23,701 nucleotides of DNA from Chiloscyllium plagiosum. Its lineage: Eukaryota. Below, piece after piece: positions 20,275-23,701 of the stretch. The number at the start of each line of letters is the position of its first letter. Position 1 is the stretch's first letter. Below the pieces are notes generated by a model. It saw only the letters and a list, made by a program, of their open reading frames with translations, did no database searches and had not been told where the DNA came from. The stretch spans positions 34,621,239-34,644,939 of the forward strand of contig NC_057718.1 of NCBI RefSeq assembly GCF_004010195.1, in the 5' to 3' direction. Position numbers and translations under genes: made by a program.

Positions 20275-21052
20275 CCACAAGGATCGGCGCTGGGTCCTCT
20301 ACTTTTTGTCATTTACATAAATGATTTGGATGCGAGCATAAGAGGTACAGTTAGTAAATTTGCAGATGACACCAAAATTGGAGGTGTAATGGACAGCGAA
20401 GAAGGTTACCTCAGATTACAACAGGATCTAGATCAGATGGGCCAAAGGGCTGAGAAGTGGCAGATGGAGTTTAATTTAGATAAATGTGAGGTGCGTTTAC
20501 AACAACTTGCATTTATTTATTGGGCCTTTAAATGTAATAAAACTTTCCAAGGCACTTTAATGACAGTGGCTCCAATAGAACAATTAAAATCTGATTTGAT
20601 GCAATTTTCCCCATCTGATAAGTGACAGGGAAGGTGACAGCAAGGGTTTTCCCTGGACCGTCGGAGGCTGAGGGGTGACCTTATAGAGGTTTACAAAATT
20701 ATGAGGGGCATGGATAGGATAAATAGACAAAATCTTTTCCCTGGGGTGGGGGAGTCCAGAATTAGTGGGCATAGGTTTAGGGTGAGAAGGGAAAGATATA
20801 AAAGAGACCTAAGGGGCAACATTTTCACACAGAGGGTGGTACGTGTATGGAATGAGTTGCCAGAGGAAGTGATGGAGGCTGGTGCAATTGCAACATTTAA
20901 AAGGCATTTGGATGGGTATATGAATAGGAAGGGTTTGGAGGGATATGGGCCGGGTGCTAGCAGGTGGGACTAGATTGGGTTGGGATATCTGGTCAGCACA
21001 GATGGATTGGACCGCAGGGTCTGTTTCCATGCTGTACATCACTATGACTCTA
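20275..21052 (+). mobile_element. CR1 LINE 3' portion in two pieces (20275-20494, 20646-21052)
   Basis: PQGSALGPLLF..NDLD..SKFADDTKIGG..KWQMEFNLDKCEV, then 151 bp of unrelated DNA, then RLRGDLIEVYKIMRG..NIFTQRVVRVWNELP and tail; same subfamily as 1647-2525. Confidence 0.92.
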
Positions 21053-21209
21053 AAAAGACACCAACAACAATTAAAATCTGAACAATTGACACAAAATAAT
21101 TCATTTTCAGTGCCAGAGAGGTCCACTTTAATAATGAACATTTCGTACTTTGCCCAAAGGATACATTTGAAATCGTTTGACTTAACTTTCTATGATTTGT
21201 TTACTTTGT

Positions 21210-21368
21210 GAAATCAACTTGGAGAGAGTGAGGACTGCAGATGCTGGAGATCAGAGTCGAGAGTGTGGTGCTGGAAAAGCACAGCAGATCAGGCAGCATC
21301 TCCAAAGTAGGACCTGCTCCTCAGATGCTGCCTGGCCTTCTTTGTCTTTCCAGCACCACACTCTCAAC
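21210..21368 (-). mobile_element. Fold-back Penelope-like terminal element with perfect 14-bp TSD, truncated before the hammerhead
   Basis: 47-bp inverted arms 21255-21301/21323-21369 (7 mismatches); TSD tttgtttactttgt at 21196-21209 and 21369-21382. Confidence 0.85.
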
Positions 21369-21471
21369 TTTGTTTACTTTGTATCTACTGTGCACGTACA
21401 GCAAACTAATGTCATATCATATATTTGAAATAATTAGACAAATGCAATGCTACTTATGTGAAGTTAATGGT

Positions 21472-21805
21472 AGGGGAAGGTGATGGTCTAATGGTATTAC
21501 CACTTTGGTTGTTTATCCAGAGACCCCAGTATGTTCTGGGGACTTGAGTTCAAATCAGATGGTGAAACTTGAACCCAATAAAAATCTGGAATTAAGAGTC
21601 TAATTCACTGTTCATTGTTGGAAAATCCCATCTGGTTCACTCAAAAACTTCAGGAAAGGAAATTGCCATCATTACCTGGTCTGGCCTACATATGATTCCA
21701 AGCACGCAGCAATGTGACTGACTCTTAACTACCATCTGGGCAATTAGGGATTCGCAATAGATGCTGCCTAGCCAGTGATGCCCACATCATGTGAATGAAT
21801 AAAAA
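21472..21805 (+). mobile_element. tRNA-derived SINE (third family), near full length
   Basis: A box tggtctaatgg, B box gagttcaaatc, tail gcccacatcatgtgaatgaataaaaa. Confidence 0.75.
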
Positions 21806-23348
21806 TGGTAGTGTGAAATGTCTTTGACTGCAGCCTTTATGATTTCCACATTCACACATTGTCCTTCCCTGAAATTGTGACATTTATGTATAAATGAAAT
21901 TGTGTGGTGTTAGCCTGCTGTTATTTTCATGCCAATCAGTCATAACTATTACTATTCAGAAAATATTCTCCCATTGACGATGAATTAATTGCACAATGTT
22001 CCTGGTCAAAAAATCTTGTATAGTCTGTTCGCTTATATTTTCTTCAAAGTATTACTCTTGTAAATTGTCATCAATACATTTTAAGATATTCATTGCCATT
22101 ACAACTTGAGTGGTTTGCATCTGCAGGCTATGTCAACAAAATAAATGTTAAGTTATTGGTGTATTTTAATCATATTAAGTATTATGTTCGATTTATAGCT
22201 TTCAACAAAGCTCACTTTTCTGGCATTTCTTTTGCTCCTCTGTGGGATCATCTGTGTATGGTTCATTTAAAATGAAATGTCACTTTTTGGACTCTATGTC
22301 CACATTATAACGGACACTTAATGTCTCTGTCATTTGACTAAAGCAAGTCTACAATTATTCTTGTCACCTGCACGGTTTGCTCCATAAGTAATCATTTATC
22401 CACAATTCATATCCATCATTTATCAACTTAGACATAAGTTGCTCATAATTCTTCTCACCGGTCCACATGACAGATTTGATCTTGCCAGAAGCATTTAGAA
22501 GTTAGCACAATAAAAGATAATTTGAGCTATGGTTGCAGAAATTACTATTTTTTTGTTCTGGTTCTGGAAATTTTCACCAATGAAACATTGTACTCAGTCT
22601 TCTCAATTCTCAGAAAAATAGACAGGACAGCAAAAAGGAAATCTAAGTGTAAATAGTGTAGAGTTGTCTGAATTCAAAGGCTGGATTTCAGTGCTTCAGG
22701 GTATTCTTTGCCCACAGACGACAATGTAGAAATCAGTAGATACTATGATAACTATTACAAGAAAGGCTGATCTTATCCATGTACAATAAATGTGCAGTTC
22801 CAAAAGCAGTCACTAGATACTGATCAAGTGTGACATTGTTTTAATCTTTTCTATCCTTTGCTTAAGGACATGAGAGCTAGCTTCTAGATGGCCTATAAAC
22901 AGATGAGGTCATCAAACTGGGAGCTTTCTGATCTGCATGGCTCAAAGTAAATCCCTGAGAGGTCTCAGACTTGATCCAAATAAATTGGCTGATTTTAGTC
23001 AGGGCAGAGGTGATGACATTACATTTGGTTTTAAAACTCTCATGCTAATAGGAGAAATGATTCAACCAAGGTCCCTGCCCAATCCATAGTGCTGTTTTAA
23101 CATAACCCAGGATTAGATTTAATTTCTAAATCCCACACCAGCCCCCATTGTACAGTATCATAAATGTTTCTATGCATGCCAGTTTGGATTCCCAATGAGG
23201 AGTTGATAGAGTAGGTAAAGAAAAAACACTTTCTCTGGTGGGAGAAACCAGAAGAAGGCATTACCTAGATCCAGACCATTAAGGGGCAATGATCAAAAGC
23301 ATGCTTTCACACAATATTCGCATGCAGGTTTTTCAGTCTTAATCTCTA

Positions 23349-23473
23349 GATTACTGTTAAACAATGTTCACTGAAACGTCAACTTCTACAAGTCTTGAAA
23401 AAGGGTTATATCCAAAATGTCGACTTCTGCACCTCCTGGTGCTGCTTGGCTTGCTGTGTTCTTCCAGCCTCCT
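23349..23473 (+). mobile_element. Older Penelope-like terminus (subfamily C) with decayed hammerhead(s)
   Basis: AAGTC-tTGAAaA-A-GGGT-TAT-ATCC-aAAAt-GTC-GACTT at 23390-23426, followed by tgctgcttggcttgctgtgttcttccagc homologous to the arm of the other copies. Confidence 0.7.
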
Positions 23474-23567
23474 GGTAAAAACAATGACTGCAGATGCTGG
23501 AAACCAGATTCTGGATCAGTGGTGCTGGAAGAGCACAGCAATTCAGGCAGCATCCGACGAGCAGCAA

Positions 23568-23603
23568 AATCGACGTTTCGGGCAAAAGCCCTTCATCAGG
23601 AAT
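23568..23603 (-). ncRNA. Minimal hammerhead ribozyme motif (minus strand)
   Basis: AUUC-CUGAUGA-A-GGGC-UUUU-GCCC-GAAAC-GUC-GAUU; stem I has one U-U mismatch. Confidence 0.65.
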
Positions 23604-23615
23604 AGGAGTTTTTTT

Positions 23616-23647
23616 TCCTGATGAAGGGCTTTTGCCTGAAACGTCGA
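23616..23647 (+). ncRNA. Minimal hammerhead ribozyme motif (plus strand)
   Basis: UC-CUGAUGA(23618-23624)-A-GGGC-UUUU-GCCU-GAAAC-GUC(23643-23645)-GA; only 2 bp of stem I retained. Confidence 0.55.
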
Positions 23648-23701
23648 TTTTGCTGCTCGTCGGATGCTGCCTGAATTGCTGTGCTCTTCCAGCACCACTG
23701 A

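Larger units (their letters stand above)
23474..23701 (-). mobile_element. Fold-back Penelope-like terminal element (subfamily A) with two hammerhead motifs; runs off the window
   Basis: Arms 23516-23602/23615-23701, 86/87 complementary (one CpG-type change at 23637), 12-nt loop. Confidence 0.88.

Overview
Non-coding, repeat-dense vertebrate DNA. The repeat set (HE1-type SINEs, CR1 LINEs with the same 3' tail, Deu-domain SINEs, L2 relics) points to a shark genome, possibly a carpet/bamboo shark (inference). I find no intact protein-coding gene. The recognisable ORFs are broken CR1/L2 ORF2 pieces or read-throughs of SINEs and palindromes, and one 26-N gap lies inside the longest CR1. The most striking content is a family of short non-coding fold-back insertions (1.2, 1.7, 8.1, 21.2, 23.5 kb; one-armed relatives at 18.2 and 23.4 kb). 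They carry minimal hammerhead-ribozyme motifs (CUGANGA-A-stem II-GAAAC-GUC) with compensatory changes between subfamilies. They have 13-16 bp target-site duplications and a near-constant 33-36 nt unpaired end. They look like Penelope-like-element terminal derivatives, possibly inserted by priming from both target ends. Several unexplained local duplications (101, 92, 70 and ~210 bp) and a few weak exon candidates are also noted. Family names come from my recognition of sequence motifs, not from a database search.
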